This document shows, in pieces, positions 16,938 to 26,325 of a stretch of DNA of 64,000 nucleotides. This stretch comes from Candidatus Enterousia sp. GTDB taxonomy: Bacteria; Pseudomonadota; Alphaproteobacteria; Rs-D84. Where the stretch lies: positions 1,223 through 65,222 of the forward strand of contig JAZSDC010000032.1 in assembly GCA_045530935.1 (NCBI GenBank). The letters run 5' to 3'. Each line of letters starts with the position of its first letter. Position 1 is the first letter of the stretch. The translations under genes and the position numbers were made by a program. Below the pieces are notes generated by a model. That model searched no databases. It had not been told where the DNA came from and saw nothing but the letters and a program-made list of their open reading frames with translations.

Positions 16938-17774
16938 ATGACTTGGACAATCTTGGTACTTGTATTGAGTATCGCGTTGTATCTGTTTAGCGATGTCTTG
17001 GTAAAGACAGATGCTAAGAAAGCTACAGCAGGTGTAAAATTTACCGAAAAAGCAATTAAACTGGTTGCGGTTATGTTGTTGGCAGGCTGTGTTGCAGGCT
17101 GTTTTTGTCGTGTGTATATGCCGTACTATCTGACGGAAGTTAATCCAGGAATCGTTCAGCATATGGTTGAAGGTATGCAGAAAAAAATGAACGAGGAAAA
17201 GAACAAAGCTGTTCGTGAATATGTTCGTAAAAATGCGGACAAGATGATTGCTGATGCGCCAGTGTTGGGTAATCCAGAAGCAGAAAAGACAATCTTTGTG
17301 TGGACTGCCGCTTCTTGTGGTTATTGCCGCCGTGTTCATGGTGAATTGGACAGTGTTTTGGCAGAACGTGATGATGTTCGTGTAGTTTTGAAAAACTTCT
17401 CGATTCATGGTGTAATGTCTGATGGCCCGGCACGTGCAATGATTGCGGCTAAGATTCAAGACCCTGCCAAGGCCGCGAAATTTGCTGATATTATTATGAC
17501 ACGTGAATATCGTCCATCTGAAAAAATTGATGATCAAGACAAATTGGCTGCTGCAATTGAAAAGAACTTGATGAAATTTGCAGAAGAAGTTGGTTTGGAT
17601 AAAGCAAAACTGAAAGAAGATATGAAGGGTGCAGTTGTTGCGCGTGAATTGGCGAACGTTCGTGATTTGGCACAACGATTCGAAATTACTGGTACTCCTT
17701 TCTTGATTATCGGGGAAGAAGCGTTCCCAGGTGCAATCCCAGCAGAACAAATCAAGGCTGCATTGGATAAATAA
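16938..17774 (+). CDS. DsbA-family thiol:disulfide oxidoreductase, membrane anchored
   Basis: AAGGAG SD, N-terminal TM helices, thioredoxin fold with CGYC active site, FEITGTPFLIIG cis-Pro region. Confidence 0.85.
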   Translation: MTWTILVLVLSIALYLFSDVLVKTDAKKATAGVKFTEKAIKLVAVMLLAGCVAGCFCRVYMPYYLTEVNPGIVQHMVEGMQKKMNEEKNKAVREYVRKNADKMIADAPVLGNPEAEKTIFVWTAASCGYCRRVHGELDSVLAERDDVRVVLKNFSIHGVMSDGPARAMIAAKIQDPAKAAKFADIIMTREYRPSEKIDDQDKLAAAIEKNLMKFAEEVGLDKAKLKEDMKGAVVARELANVRDLAQRFEITGTPFLIIGEEAFPGAIPAEQIKAALDK

Positions 17775-17792
17775 TTGCTTTTTGGTAATAAG

Positions 17793-17822
17793 AAAAACGC
17801 CCATTGTTTGGGCGTTTTTTTG
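17793..17822. terminator. bidirectional terminator
   Basis: aaaaacgccca-ttgtt-tgggcgttttttt. Confidence 0.85.
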
Positions 17823-17843
17823 TGGTTTGTATGTGGGCTGATT

Positions 17844-18110
17844 TTATTTTACAAATGATTTTAATATTTGAAATAAACCAAGGCGTTTCTTTTTCTTAAG
17901 ATCTTGGTATGCATATGATTCGGTGCGTCCAATTTCTGTGTATTCTGGCATATTGATATTTTGTACTGTATTTTTGTAATCATATATTATATCGCAACAA
18001 TATTTTATATTGTTGACATTGCAAGAAGTATATTTGTGCGTAATGTCATACAGTTTTTTACATCTGTACTTTTCTAGTATATAAAAACCAGGTGTGTGTT
18101 CGTTATTCAT
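17844..18110 (-). CDS. hypothetical 88-aa protein (weak call)
   Basis: The only ORF in a 420-nt AT-rich gap. No SD, and it overlaps the clpP promoter region. Confidence 0.3.
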   Translation of the reverse strand: MNNEHTPGFYILEKYRCKKLYDITHKYTSCNVNNIKYCCDIIYDYKNTVQNINMPEYTEIGRTESYAYQDLKKKKRLGLFQILKSFVK

Positions 18111-18149
18111 GGCTACATATGATATATATGAAAAATCTATTTGTCAAAT

Positions 18150-18179
18150 CTTGTATTTTCATTGTTTTTGTCTATATAT
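18150..18179 (+). promoter_or_regulatory. RpoH (sigma32)-type heat-shock promoter of clpP-clpX
   Basis: CTTG-N18-CTATATAT, identical in architecture to the site upstream of clpB (44479..44508). Confidence 0.6.
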
Positions 18180-18208
18180 ATGATAAATTCGCGAATCGGG
18201 TTTTAATA

Positions 18209-18217
18209 TGGTATAAT
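18209..18217 (+). promoter_or_regulatory. extended -10 (TGgTATAAT), second clpP promoter
   Basis: TGGTATAAT 28 nt upstream of the clpP ATG. Confidence 0.45.
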
Positions 18218-18244
18218 TTCACAGGTACTAAAAGGATTTTGATT

Positions 18245-18826
18245 ATGGCACTGATACCAATGGTTATAGAAGAATCACCACGTGGGGAACGTTCGTTTGA
18301 TATTTATTCTCGTTTGTTGCGTGATCGTATTATTATGGTTAATGGACAGATTGAGCCAACAATGGCAAACAGTATTGTCGCCCAGTTGTTGTTCTTGGAA
18401 TCTGAAAATCCGAACGCTGATATTTCAATGTATATCAACAGTCCGGGTGGTGATGTATCCGCAGGGTGGGCGATTATGGACACGATGCAGTATATCAAGG
18501 CGCCGGTTTCAACAATTGGTATGGGCTTGGTTGCATCGATGGGATCGGTGTTGTTGGCAGCTGGCGAAAAAGGAAAACGCTTTGTTTTGCCAAATACCCA
18601 GATTATGATTCATCAGCCTTTGGCCGGTGCACAGGGACAGATTACTGATATGGAAATTCAAATGACTCAGTATCAGAAAAATAAAAAGACCTTGATTAAG
18701 CAAATGTCTGAATTTACAGGTAAAAAAGAAAAAGAATTGTTTGATGCGATGGAACGTGATAATTGGATGTGTCCGCAAGAGGCCAAGGATTTTGGCCTGA
18801 TTGATGGTATCTTAGAACGTAAATAA
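18245..18826 (+). CDS. clpP: ATP-dependent Clp protease proteolytic subunit
   Basis: [30 protein letters not shown] (Ser), IMIHQP (His). Start placed at MALIPMV. Confidence 0.95.
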   Translation: MALIPMVIEESPRGERSFDIYSRLLRDRIIMVNGQIEPTMANSIVAQLLFLESENPNADISMYINSPGGDVSAGWAIMDTMQYIKAPVSTIGMGLVASMGSVLLAAGEKGKRFVLPNTQIMIHQPLAGAQGQITDMEIQMTQYQKNKKTLIKQMSEFTGKKEKELFDAMERDNWMCPQEAKDFGLIDGILERK

Positions 18827-18851
18827 TTCATATGTTGTATGGGGAACAGAT

Positions 18852-20114
18852 ATGAGTGATGAAAAAACACCAAAAACAGAAAATAATAATCAGCAATTTT
18901 GCAGTTTCTGTGGCAAGGCAGTATATGAAGTAAAAAAACTGGTTAGTGGGCGTAATGTTTGTATTTGTGATGAATGTATAAATCTGTGTAATGATATTAT
19001 GGCAGATGATAATCGTCGCGAAGTTAGTCAGGATGCAAAAAAATTGCCAACGCCATCGCAGATTTATAATTTTCTGAATGAATATATTATTGGGCAAGAT
19101 GTTGCAAAGCGTACACTGGCAGTGGCGGTTTATAATCACTATAAACGTCATAATGTTGCAGTTGCGTCAAATGTCGAAATTCAAAAATCAAATGTTTTAT
19201 TGATTGGTTCGACGGGTACAGGTAAAACCTTGTTTGCGCAAACTTTGGCGCGAATATTGGATGTGCCATTTGCAATTGCTGATGCAACGACGTTGACCGA
19301 AGCAGGTTATGTTGGTGATGACGTGGAAAGTGTTTTGACGCGTTTGTTGCAAAATGCAAACTTTGATGTTGAACGTGCCGGACGTGGAATTATATATATT
19401 GATGAAATTGACAAGATTTCACGTAAGTCTGAAAATCCATCATTGACACGTGATGTGTCGGGCGAAGGTGTGCAACAGGCACTGTTGAAATTGATAGAGG
19501 GTACGGTTGCAAATGTGCCGGCAGGTGGTGCAGGGCGTAAACACCCAGGCGAAGCGACGGTTCAATTGGATACCAGTAAGATTTTGTTTATCTGCGGTGG
19601 TGCTTTTGATGGGTTGAATAAGATTATTGGAAATCGAACATGTGAAAGACGCGGTATTGGATTTGGTGCACATGTAGAATCTGCTGAAGAACGCAAAAAT
19701 AAGAATTTCTTGAAGGATGTGGAACCAGAAGATTTGGTAAAGTTTGGTATTATTCCAGAATTGATTGGTCGTTTGCCGGTAATTACAACGTTGCAAGAGT
19801 TGGATGAGGATGCATTGGTTAAAATATTGACAGAGCCCAAAAATGCAGTGGTTAAACAGTTTGCAGCAATGTTGGAAATGGATGGGGTAAAGTTAAATAT
19901 TACTGATACTGGTTTGCGTGAAATTGCAAAGATGGCGGTTGCGCGTAAGACAGGGGCGCGTGGATTGCGCAGTATCTTGGAACGCGTGTTGATGCAACCA
20001 ATGTTCGAAGCGCCAGATAAAGAAGATTTGGCCGAGATTGTTGTAGACGCAGATGTTGTTTTGGGGAATAAGGCGCCCATAGAGATTCAAAAAGAGAATA
20101 AGAAGGCTGCTTGA
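18852..20114 (+). CDS. clpX: ATP-dependent Clp protease ATP-binding subunit ClpX
   Basis: C4 zinc finger CSFCGK..CDECI, Walker [17 protein letters not shown] Walker B. Confidence 0.95.
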   Translation: MSDEKTPKTENNNQQFCSFCGKAVYEVKKLVSGRNVCICDECINLCNDIMADDNRREVSQDAKKLPTPSQIYNFLNEYIIGQDVAKRTLAVAVYNHYKRHNVAVASNVEIQKSNVLLIGSTGTGKTLFAQTLARILDVPFAIADATTLTEAGYVGDDVESVLTRLLQNANFDVERAGRGIIYIDEIDKISRKSENPSLTRDVSGEGVQQALLKLIEGTVANVPAGGAGRKHPGEATVQLDTSKILFICGGAFDGLNKIIGNRTCERRGIGFGAHVESAEERKNKNFLKDVEPEDLVKFGIIPELIGRLPVITTLQELDEDALVKILTEPKNAVVKQFAAMLEMDGVKLNITDTGLREIAKMAVARKTGARGLRSILERVLMQPMFEAPDKEDLAEIVVDADVVLGNKAPIEIQKENKKAA

Positions 20115-20141
20115 AAAAAACGCTCGTAAGAGCGTTTTTTA
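20114..20141 (+). terminator. rho-independent terminator of clpX
   Basis: aaacgctc-gtaa-gagcgtttttt. Confidence 0.85.
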
Positions 20142-20163
20142 TTAATTTATTAAGTTCTTACTG

Positions 20164-20958
20164 TTATTGCAAGAATTGTGTTAGGTTTCCAGTAATTTGT
20201 TGTAATGCATTTGTTGTTCCGCTGTTTGCAGTGCTTTGAACAATCTGCATAATAGAACCAGTGTTGGTGCTGGAACCAATTCCGCCAATAGAGCTTATGA
20301 TAAATTCACTCCATAACGCGCGTTTTTGTGCGTTAAGCTTGGAAGGGGCGCATTTGTTAAATTTTTCTTCAAGGTTATGCGCCATTGTGGCTTCGGTAGT
20401 GTCAATCCAATCGTCTTCGGAAAAATTAACCTTGTCAAGAATTTCATAGATGTTTGATACTGTTTTCTTTTCTTTGGATGAACATGTGTTTCCAATTGGG
20501 TCGTTCGGACAATATGTTACAGATTTTGCAATTGGATAATCTTTCCAGATAGTGTTTTCTTTGTATTTGTCATAACATATGTATGTGTCATCTTGTGCCG
20601 CGGCGGCATAACGAACAGATGATTCGTATGTGTTGGAATCGTCGCAAACTTTTAGACTGGCAGTAACCTGTTTTGCAGATGATGCGCCAGTTTTAACCCA
20701 TTCTTTAAAGATTTTATTTGTGTAGTCTAATTCCTGGGATGAAGGAATGCATTCTGCGGTTAAAGCTTTTTGTTTTTTTGATATTTCTTGTACGTTTGCA
20801 ACCATATTTATTACTGTAGGTAACAGGCTGGAACCCGTTTTGCCAGCGTCATTTTTTTTCTGAGAAACGGTTGGCGCTTTTTTAATTGTGATAGCAAAAC
20901 TTGGTACAGTTTGTACCATGCATGCAAGTGTTACAAAAAATAGTAATTTTCTTTTCAT
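20164..20958 (-). CDS. secreted Cys-containing protein, unknown family
   Basis: Signal peptide MKRKLLFFVTLACMVQTVPSFA, 8 Cys, Gly/Ser/Thr-rich C-terminus. Confidence 0.75.
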   Translation of the reverse strand: MKRKLLFFVTLACMVQTVPSFAITIKKAPTVSQKKNDAGKTGSSLLPTVINMVANVQEISKKQKALTAECIPSSQELDYTNKIFKEWVKTGASSAKQVTASLKVCDDSNTYESSVRYAAAAQDDTYICYDKYKENTIWKDYPIAKSVTYCPNDPIGNTCSSKEKKTVSNIYEILDKVNFSEDDWIDTTEATMAHNLEEKFNKCAPSKLNAQKRALWSEFIISSIGGIGSSTNTGSIMQIVQSTANSGTTNALQQITGNLTQFLQ

Positions 20959-21044
20959 CTCTCTTGGATAAAAGTATAACATAAAATTTTAATTAGATAA
21001 ATATAAAAATTGCATTTTTGTTATTTGCGCGCTAAAGTGCAGGT

Positions 21045-21524
21045 GTGCACAAAGATAAAAGAAATTTTATTATATTGACCAAACATAAACGATTAAAGCG
21101 TTTGTGGCAGTTTTTTTTCACAGGCTGGGGGTTGGTTATGGTGGTGGCGTTGGTCGCAGGGGCACTGTTCACAAAACAGTTGCTGTGGACGCCAATATCG
21201 GTAATAAATATGACAGATATTGTTACAAATCAATTTAAAATGTCTGGTGCTGCGTTCGTTGGAACGGACAAGAATGGCGAGCCCTTTAAACTGCGTGCTA
21301 AGACAGGGTATCAGGAATATGATAAGCCTGACTTTGTTTTTATGGATTCTGTTTCTGGAACGATTAGTCGTGTTATGGCAGGGACAAAGGTCGTTGATAA
21401 TATTTCTGCAGATCGTGGACAATATAATCGTAAGAAAAAAACCATTACATTGTTGGGAAATGTCCGTGTGGATTCTAGTAATGGCGATAAATTAAGAACT
21501 GATGAGTTGGTGATAAAGTTATGA
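21045..21524 (+). CDS. lptC: LPS export system protein LptC
   Basis: N-terminal TM anchor plus LptC/OstA-like beta-jellyroll blocks (FKLRAKTG, ITLLGNVRVDS). GTG start. Overlaps lptB (ATGA). Confidence 0.7.
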   Translation: MHKDKRNFIILTKHKRLKRLWQFFFTGWGLVMVVALVAGALFTKQLLWTPISVINMTDIVTNQFKMSGAAFVGTDKNGEPFKLRAKTGYQEYDKPDFVFMDSVSGTISRVMAGTKVVDNISADRGQYNRKKKTITLLGNVRVDSSNGDKLRTDELVIKL

Positions 21525-22249
21525 AGCAATCTGTATTACGTGTTCAGCATTTGTCAAAATCATATGGAAAACGTATGGTTATCAAAGACGTGTCGCTAGA
21601 GGCGCGACAAGGCGAATCGGTTGGTTTGTTGGGGCCTAATGGCGCAGGTAAAACGACGGCTTTTTACTGTATAACAGGGCAATTGGCGGCAACTGGTGGG
21701 CAAATATTCTTGAATTCTCAGGATATTACGCATTTGCCATTTTATCAGCGTGCTCGTCTTCATATTGGATATTTGCCCCAGGAAAACAGTGTGTTTCGTG
21801 GTCTGACGGTTGAACAGAATATTATGGCGATTCTTGAAGTAGTTGAACCTGATAAGAAAAAACGCAAAAAGAAATTGGATTCCCTGCTGGAAGAGTTTTC
21901 AATTGCCAGCCTGCGCAACAGTCCAGCGACGGCATTGTCTGGGGGGGAACGTAGACGTGTAGAAATTGCCCGTGCGTTGGCAAATGATCCAAAATTTATT
22001 TTGTTGGACGAACCGTTTGCAGGTATTGATCCGATTGCGGTTAATGAAATCCGTAGTCTGGTGTCGCAATTAAAAAATCGTGGTTTGGGGGTTATTATCA
22101 CAGATCATAATGTTCGTGAAACACTGGGGATTACAGATCGCAGTTATGTATTGCATGATGGAAAAATCCTGAAACACGGAACAACATCAGAAATTGTACA
22201 GGATGAAATGGTCAAGAAAGTATACCTGGGCGAGGATTTTGTTATGTAA
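21521..22249 (+). CDS. lptB: LPS export ABC transporter ATP-binding protein LptB
   Basis: Walker A GPNGAGKTT, LSGGERRRVEIARAL, LLDEPFAGIDP, ITDHNVRE. Confidence 0.9.
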   Translation: MKQSVLRVQHLSKSYGKRMVIKDVSLEARQGESVGLLGPNGAGKTTAFYCITGQLAATGGQIFLNSQDITHLPFYQRARLHIGYLPQENSVFRGLTVEQNIMAILEVVEPDKKKRKKKLDSLLEEFSIASLRNSPATALSGGERRRVEIARALANDPKFILLDEPFAGIDPIAVNEIRSLVSQLKNRGLGVIITDHNVRETLGITDRSYVLHDGKILKHGTTSEIVQDEMVKKVYLGEDFVM

Positions 22250-22280
22250 AAAACAGGATTTTAAATCCTGTTTTTATTTT
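22249..22280 (+). terminator. rho-independent terminator of lptB
   Basis: acaggat-loop-atcctgt followed by tttttatttt. Confidence 0.85.
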
Positions 22281-22323
22281 GTGGACTGCTATTCCAGCGC
22301 ATGTATTGGTGGAACTATTTAAT

Positions 22324-23040
22324 TTATCTGTCGTGATGTGCCCTTAATTTGTCTATGAACATAGATTGGGTTCTGGACATGCATTTATACATATAATTGT
22401 AATATGTTTTCTTGTCGCCATTTAATGCAGCGCGCAATGCGGCAGTGTATTCGTGATTGTCGCTGGCCTGATTAAAGGCAATCGGACGATAGCCGCGATT
22501 AATTAAAAACCAGTTCATTAACATGCGGGCGGTACGTTTGTTAAAGTCTTTGAATGGCTGTAATACAATTATTTCATAATGTGCATCAAATGCGCGTTGT
22601 AATATGCTTTGTTTGCCGCTGTTCATTCTGTATATTATGTCGTCCAGCTTTTGACGTGTTACTTCTGGACTGGGGTCTGCGGGAGTTATCTGTTGCAGAT
22701 TGCATACGCATGTTGTGCGAAAACCGCCAGGGGTAACTTCTGTATCCTGGGCCAGCTTATAGTGAATGTCCATAACGTTACTTAGTGTGAAATTTGCAAT
22801 ATTTGTACGTGAAACAATCATATCCCACGTTGTTCCAATGTTGTGGATACTTTCACTGCTGGTTTCATGGCGTATTTCGTGATCTGCGCATTGATTCAAA
22901 ACAAGTGTTTCTTTTATGAACGCGCTTTTAACCCACGCAACATCGTCCAGGTGTTTGGCGTGTTTGTGTAATAGATCTGTAATTATTTCGCGTTTGCGTT
23001 CAATATCTTTTTTGATATTGTATGTTTCTTTTTTTGTCAT
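22324..23040 (-). CDS. Fic/DOC-fold protein with a degenerate active-site motif
   Basis: GGFRT, then AHYEIIVLQPFKDFNKRTARMLMNWFLINRGYRP, aligned to the Fic core HPFxDGNGRxxR. His is replaced by Gln and GNG by FNK. Confidence 0.7.
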   Translation of the reverse strand: MTKKETYNIKKDIERKREIITDLLHKHAKHLDDVAWVKSAFIKETLVLNQCADHEIRHETSSESIHNIGTTWDMIVSRTNIANFTLSNVMDIHYKLAQDTEVTPGGFRTTCVCNLQQITPADPSPEVTRQKLDDIIYRMNSGKQSILQRAFDAHYEIIVLQPFKDFNKRTARMLMNWFLINRGYRPIAFNQASDNHEYTAALRAALNGDKKTYYNYMYKCMSRTQSMFIDKLRAHHDR

Positions 23041-23077
23041 AGGTCCTTCTCCTTTGACATATTGTTATTTTGTATAA

Positions 23078-23106
23078 AATATAGTACATTTGATGTTATT
23101 TGTCAA
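23078..23106 (-). promoter_or_regulatory. sigma70-type promoter of the Fic-like gene
   Basis: Minus strand TTGACA (23101..23106), 17-nt spacer, TATATT (23078..23083). AAGGAG SD downstream. Confidence 0.6.
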
Positions 23107-23200
23107 GTTTTTGTAGTTGTGTATTTTTTTAAAAAATCGTATTGAAATATTTGTCAGATTTGTTTTATGCTGTCTTGTGCAATAGGTAAAGGGGTATCGT

Positions 23201-24619
23201 ATGTTAAAGTATTTATTAGTGTTATCTGCATTGTTCGTTCCAATGGTTGTAGAAGGGGCGCCTAAAAAGAAAAAAGAGGAGCCGGTTGTTCATTTGACGG
23301 ATGCTGAAATTTATGAAGAATTGAAAAAATTGGCGTTGGTTTTTGAAGTGGCGCGTGAAAATTTTGTTGAAGAAGCGGACGAAAAAAAGATGCTAGAGGC
23401 TGCAATGAACGGTATGCTGGGGGCTTTGGATCCGCATTCGTCATATTTGTCTGCCGATGATTTCAAGGAATTTAGTGAAAAATCACACGGTGAATTTGGT
23501 GGTTTGGGGATTCAGATTACCAGTGACCGTGGTGCAGTACGCGTTATTTCGCCAATTGATGATACACCAGCGGCGCGTGCAGGCATCAAAGCGGGGGATT
23601 ATATTACCCATATCGATGGTGAACAGGTGTTTGATTTGACGTTGAATCAGGCGGTAAAAAAGATGAAAGGTCGTCCAGGGACCAAGGTAAAGTTGACGGT
23701 TGTGTCTGATGATGGCGAATCAAAAACAATGACGTTGAAACGTGCAATTATCAAGGTTGAATCAGTTAAATCTTCTGAAAAAATGCTGGCGGGTGCAGAT
23801 CCAGAAGATGAAGATACACCAAAAATTGGTTATATTCGTATTTCTGATTTTGGTGTGACAACTGCGCGTGATTTGAAAAAAGCGATTGAAAAATTAGAAA
23901 AAAAGGACGTTGTTGGATATGTGTTGGATGTCCGTAATAATCCAGGCGGGTATTTAAATGCAGCGATTGATGTTTCAGATGCATTTTTAGAGGCAGGTGA
24001 AATCGTTTCAACGCGCGGAAAGAAAAGTACAGATATAGAACGTGTTTACGCCAGGGCGGGGGATTATACCAATGGGAAACCTGTTGTAGTCTTGATAAAT
24101 CATGGTTCTGCATCTGCGTCTGAAATTGTGGCGGGGGCATTGCAGGATAATGGGCGTGGCATTGTTATGGGGTCGCAATCCTTTGGCAAGGGTAGTGTGC
24201 AACAACAAAAACCGTTGGGGGATGGTACCGCAATTCACATTACAATTGCCCGCTATTACACACCGTCAGGGCGTTCCATTCAAAACGAAGGAATAACCCC
24301 AGATGTAGAGGTTTTGCAATCCAAGGTAGAAGTCTTAGAGAAGAAAGAAAGTATGTATTCTGAAGCTTCTTTTAAGAATTCGTTAAAAAATGATAAATCT
24401 AAGAAGAAAAACAAAAAGAAATCTGATGTGGATGATGCGGATTCTGATGAAGAAACACCATTTGAAGAATTGACGGATGAAGAAAAAGATGCGCGTGATT
24501 ATCAATTGCAACGTGCAATGGGGATGGTTATTGCATTGGGAAAGGTTCAAGCGCGTGCAATGGAAAATCAAGAAGCCGTAGAAGAGATAGAAGAAGAAAT
24601 AGAAGAAACGCAGGAATAA
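23201..24619 (+). CDS. ctpA: carboxy-terminal processing protease (S41)
   Basis: PDZ block GGLGIQI..PAARAGIKAGDYITHIDG, catalytic VVLINHGSASASEI, acidic C-terminal tail. Confidence 0.9.
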   Translation: MLKYLLVLSALFVPMVVEGAPKKKKEEPVVHLTDAEIYEELKKLALVFEVARENFVEEADEKKMLEAAMNGMLGALDPHSSYLSADDFKEFSEKSHGEFGGLGIQITSDRGAVRVISPIDDTPAARAGIKAGDYITHIDGEQVFDLTLNQAVKKMKGRPGTKVKLTVVSDDGESKTMTLKRAIIKVESVKSSEKMLAGADPEDEDTPKIGYIRISDFGVTTARDLKKAIEKLEKKDVVGYVLDVRNNPGGYLNAAIDVSDAFLEAGEIVSTRGKKSTDIERVYARAGDYTNGKPVVVLINHGSASASEIVAGALQDNGRGIVMGSQSFGKGSVQQQKPLGDGTAIHITIARYYTPSGRSIQNEGITPDVEVLQSKVEVLEKKESMYSEASFKNSLKNDKSKKKNKKKSDVDDADSDEETPFEELTDEEKDARDYQLQRAMGMVIALGKVQARAMENQEAVEEIEEEIEETQE

Positions 24620-24650
24620 AAAAATCCCCAAAATGGGGATTTTTTTTATT
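24617..24650. terminator. bidirectional terminator (ctpA / fba)
   Basis: atcccca-aaa-tggggat flanked by A7 and T8. Confidence 0.85.
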
Positions 24651-25596
24651 GTGCCAATTTATTGTCAGACCCCATTATGTCGATAATTTCATTCTGGCAT
24701 ATTTGTGTCATTAAATGTCTTGATTTAGATAAAAATTCACGTGGATTGAAATTTTCCGGTGTTTGTGCAAGGCTTTTTCGTGTGGCGGCAACAAAAGCAA
24801 GACGTAAATCGCTGTCGACATTGATTTTGCAAATATTCATTTGTGTGGCATGACGCAGTTGTGTTGGCGATATGCCACGTGCATTTGACAAGTTGCCACC
24901 AAAATTATTAATTGTTTTTATTAGTTCTTGTGGAATGCTGGATGCACCGTGTAATACTAACGGAAAGTTAGGCAATCGTTTAGATATATCGGATAAGATG
25001 TCAAAACGTAATTCTTCGTCTTCGCTTTTGCGCTTGTATGCGCCGTGACTGGTACCAATTGCAATGGCCAGTGAATCTGTGTTTGTTGCATTAACAAATG
25101 TTTCTACATCTTGTGGGTTTGTATAGCATGATGTTTCTGATTTGGTGTTTTCGTCTTCAATGCCAGACAGTGTTCCTAATTCCGATTCAACAGAAACATT
25201 GTGCATGTGGGCGTATTGTGCAACTTGTTTTGAAATGTTTATATTTTCTTTAAATGGTTTATTGCTGGCATCAATCATTACTGATGAAAATCCGATATCT
25301 ATCGCATGTTTGCATGCTTCAAAACTGCTGCCATGATCCAGATGTAATGCAATTTGTTGGTTTGGTGATATGTTTGCGCCTTTTATCATTGCAATCAGCA
25401 TGTCATCGCCCATGTATTTCAAGGCAGATTCAGATACTGCCAGTATTATTGGGCTGTTTGTGGCTTTGGCTGCATCAATTATTGCTTGTAGTGTTTCCAT
25501 ATTATAGAAATTAAATGCAGGAATTGCGTATTTGCGCGCCATCGCATCACGAAACATAGCGTTTGTGTTTACTACGCCTAAATCTGTATACGTCAT
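24646..25596 (-). CDS. fba: class II fructose-bisphosphate aldolase
   Basis: AFNFYNMETLQAIIDAA, ALHLDHG, LVLHGASS motifs of class II ketose-bisphosphate aldolases. Confidence 0.9.
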   Translation of the reverse strand: MTYTDLGVVNTNAMFRDAMARKYAIPAFNFYNMETLQAIIDAAKATNSPIILAVSESALKYMGDDMLIAMIKGANISPNQQIALHLDHGSSFEACKHAIDIGFSSVMIDASNKPFKENINISKQVAQYAHMHNVSVESELGTLSGIEDENTKSETSCYTNPQDVETFVNATNTDSLAIAIGTSHGAYKRKSEDEELRFDILSDISKRLPNFPLVLHGASSIPQELIKTINNFGGNLSNARGISPTQLRHATQMNICKINVDSDLRLAFVAATRKSLAQTPENFNPREFLSKSRHLMTQICQNEIIDIMGSDNKLAQ

Positions 25597-25668
25597 ATGT
25601 GTATCCTTTTTGCAGGATTATAACATAAATTTTTGCTTTTTTATATGTTTTCTTGGTTTTTGAATATT

Positions 25669-25692
25669 AAAAAAGCCCCATATAGGGGCTTA
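25669..25692 (-). terminator. rho-independent terminator of 25695..26162
   Basis: Minus strand: agcccc-tatat-ggggct followed by a T-run. Confidence 0.75.
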
Positions 25693-25694
25693 AT

Positions 25695-26162
25695 CTATCG
25701 GACGTTTTGCATGTTTGCATACATGCTTTTTGTTTGTTCTGCATTAGTGTTTATTTCGTTTAATGTGTTCGCCCATACAGAATTTTCATTGCCAATATTG
25801 TGTACTGTCATTTCTGTGCCATTCATAACAGCATTTGAAAGCATGTCTAGGATAGTTTTTGCACGTTCGTCAATTTTGTCATCTGGGCAATTAACATATA
25901 TTGTGATCTGTGGAATCGTTGCGCGTGGGTTGGGATTAGGAAAATTGAAACGTATTATTTCTTTGCATGCGTTTGCGTGTTTTTTTGCAGCTTCAATTGC
26001 TTCGCCAACGCGTAGGCGAAATGCAGCGATTTTATTACCTGTTTTGTGTTCAAAAGTATCCAATAAATATATTGTACGGTCTTTTACAAATAAATCTTTC
26101 TTTTTCAGGTAATCTGGTCGCTTTACTTCTTTTATAGGGCCAGAAAAATTTAATGTAGGCAT
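25695..26162 (-). CDS. hypothetical 155-aa protein
   Basis: ORF with GGAGGA SD. The + strand ORF 25633..26112 is its antisense shadow. Confidence 0.7.
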   Translation of the reverse strand: MPTLNFSGPIKEVKRPDYLKKKDLFVKDRTIYLLDTFEHKTGNKIAAFRLRVGEAIEAAKKHANACKEIIRFNFPNPNPRATIPQITIYVNCPDDKIDERAKTILDMLSNAVMNGTEMTVHNIGNENSVWANTLNEINTNAEQTKSMYANMQNVR

Positions 26163-26219
26163 GGTATTCCTCCTTGTTCTTGTCGTCTTACTTAATAATA
26201 TGTAGTACCAATGGGGTGT

Positions 26220-26249
26220 TTGTCAAGGGTAAAAAAGATTTTTTATAAT
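26220..26249 (+). promoter_or_regulatory. sigma70-type promoter of nifJ
   Basis: TTGTCA, 18-nt spacer, TATAAT. Confidence 0.55.
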
Positions 26250-26325
26250 CTTGCCTTGCTGCGTGAAAGGCGATATTATTCTGTACGATGTTAATTTGTA
26301 TTTTAGGTAAAAGGAATGTTTAATC

